Shown piece after piece: positions 63,878-64,000 of a stretch of DNA of 64,000 nucleotides. Made by a program: the position numbers and the translations under genes. The stretch lies in IMG/VR virus record IMGVR_UViG_3300048588_000136, positions 25,358 through 89,357 of that record; one strand, written 5' to 3'. The notes under the pieces are model-generated. The model had not been told where the DNA came from, searched no databases, and saw only the letters and a program-made list of their open reading frames with translations. The DNA comes from a virus. Each line of letters opens with the position of its first letter. Positions within the stretch are counted from its first letter, which is position 1.

Positions 63878-64000
63878 AAACCTATGGCGATTTATTTACC
63901 GGCGGCGGTGGCGCTACGTTGGGCGCACTGACTGCCGGACTAACGCCACTGTGGGGCAATGAGCTAGATCCGGCCATTGCTGAGGTTGGCAATTACAATC
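63865..64000 (+). CDS. C5 cytosine methyltransferase (3' partial)
   Basis: YGDLFTGGGG...AGLTPLWGNELD corresponds to motifs I-II. Confidence 0.75.
   Translation, partial: MAGIKTYGDLFTGGGGATLGALTAGLTPLWGNELDPAIAEVGNYN

Overview
The whole window reads as most of a temperate tailed (sipho-like) phage genome. The probable host is in Chloroflexota, inferred from the Chloroflexi-like dnaN genes, YLPxV motifs and GAAC-N4-GTTC boxes. Layout: a ParB / methyltransferase-like / radical SAM cluster (1-2.2 kb); packaging, head and tail genes on + (2.3-32.3 kb) with moron-like insertions; a long leftward early/middle region (33-58.5 kb); an AT-rich origin candidate (58.5-59.3 kb); a large serine integrase; and a CI/Cro-like switch. 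The leftward region carries an ECF sigma factor, two beta sliding clamps, nucleotide-metabolism genes, three DNA methyltransferases (a fourth starts at the window end), PolX, a primase-helicase and recombination/repair genes. Most notable observations: (1) two phage clamps plus adjacent PolX and methyltransferases that end in clamp-binding-like motifs; (2) a prohead protease fused to a 2H phosphoesterase with nested starts; (3) a tRNA-like RNA inserted in a late-promoter leader; (4) an orphan IS200/IS605 TnpB omegaRNA-like end; (5) an EcoHK31I-type nested two-frame methyltransferase; (6) a duplicated promoter-HTH-riboregulator cassette; (7) one operator shared by three promoters. All family assignments are from motifs recognised by eye; no searches were run.
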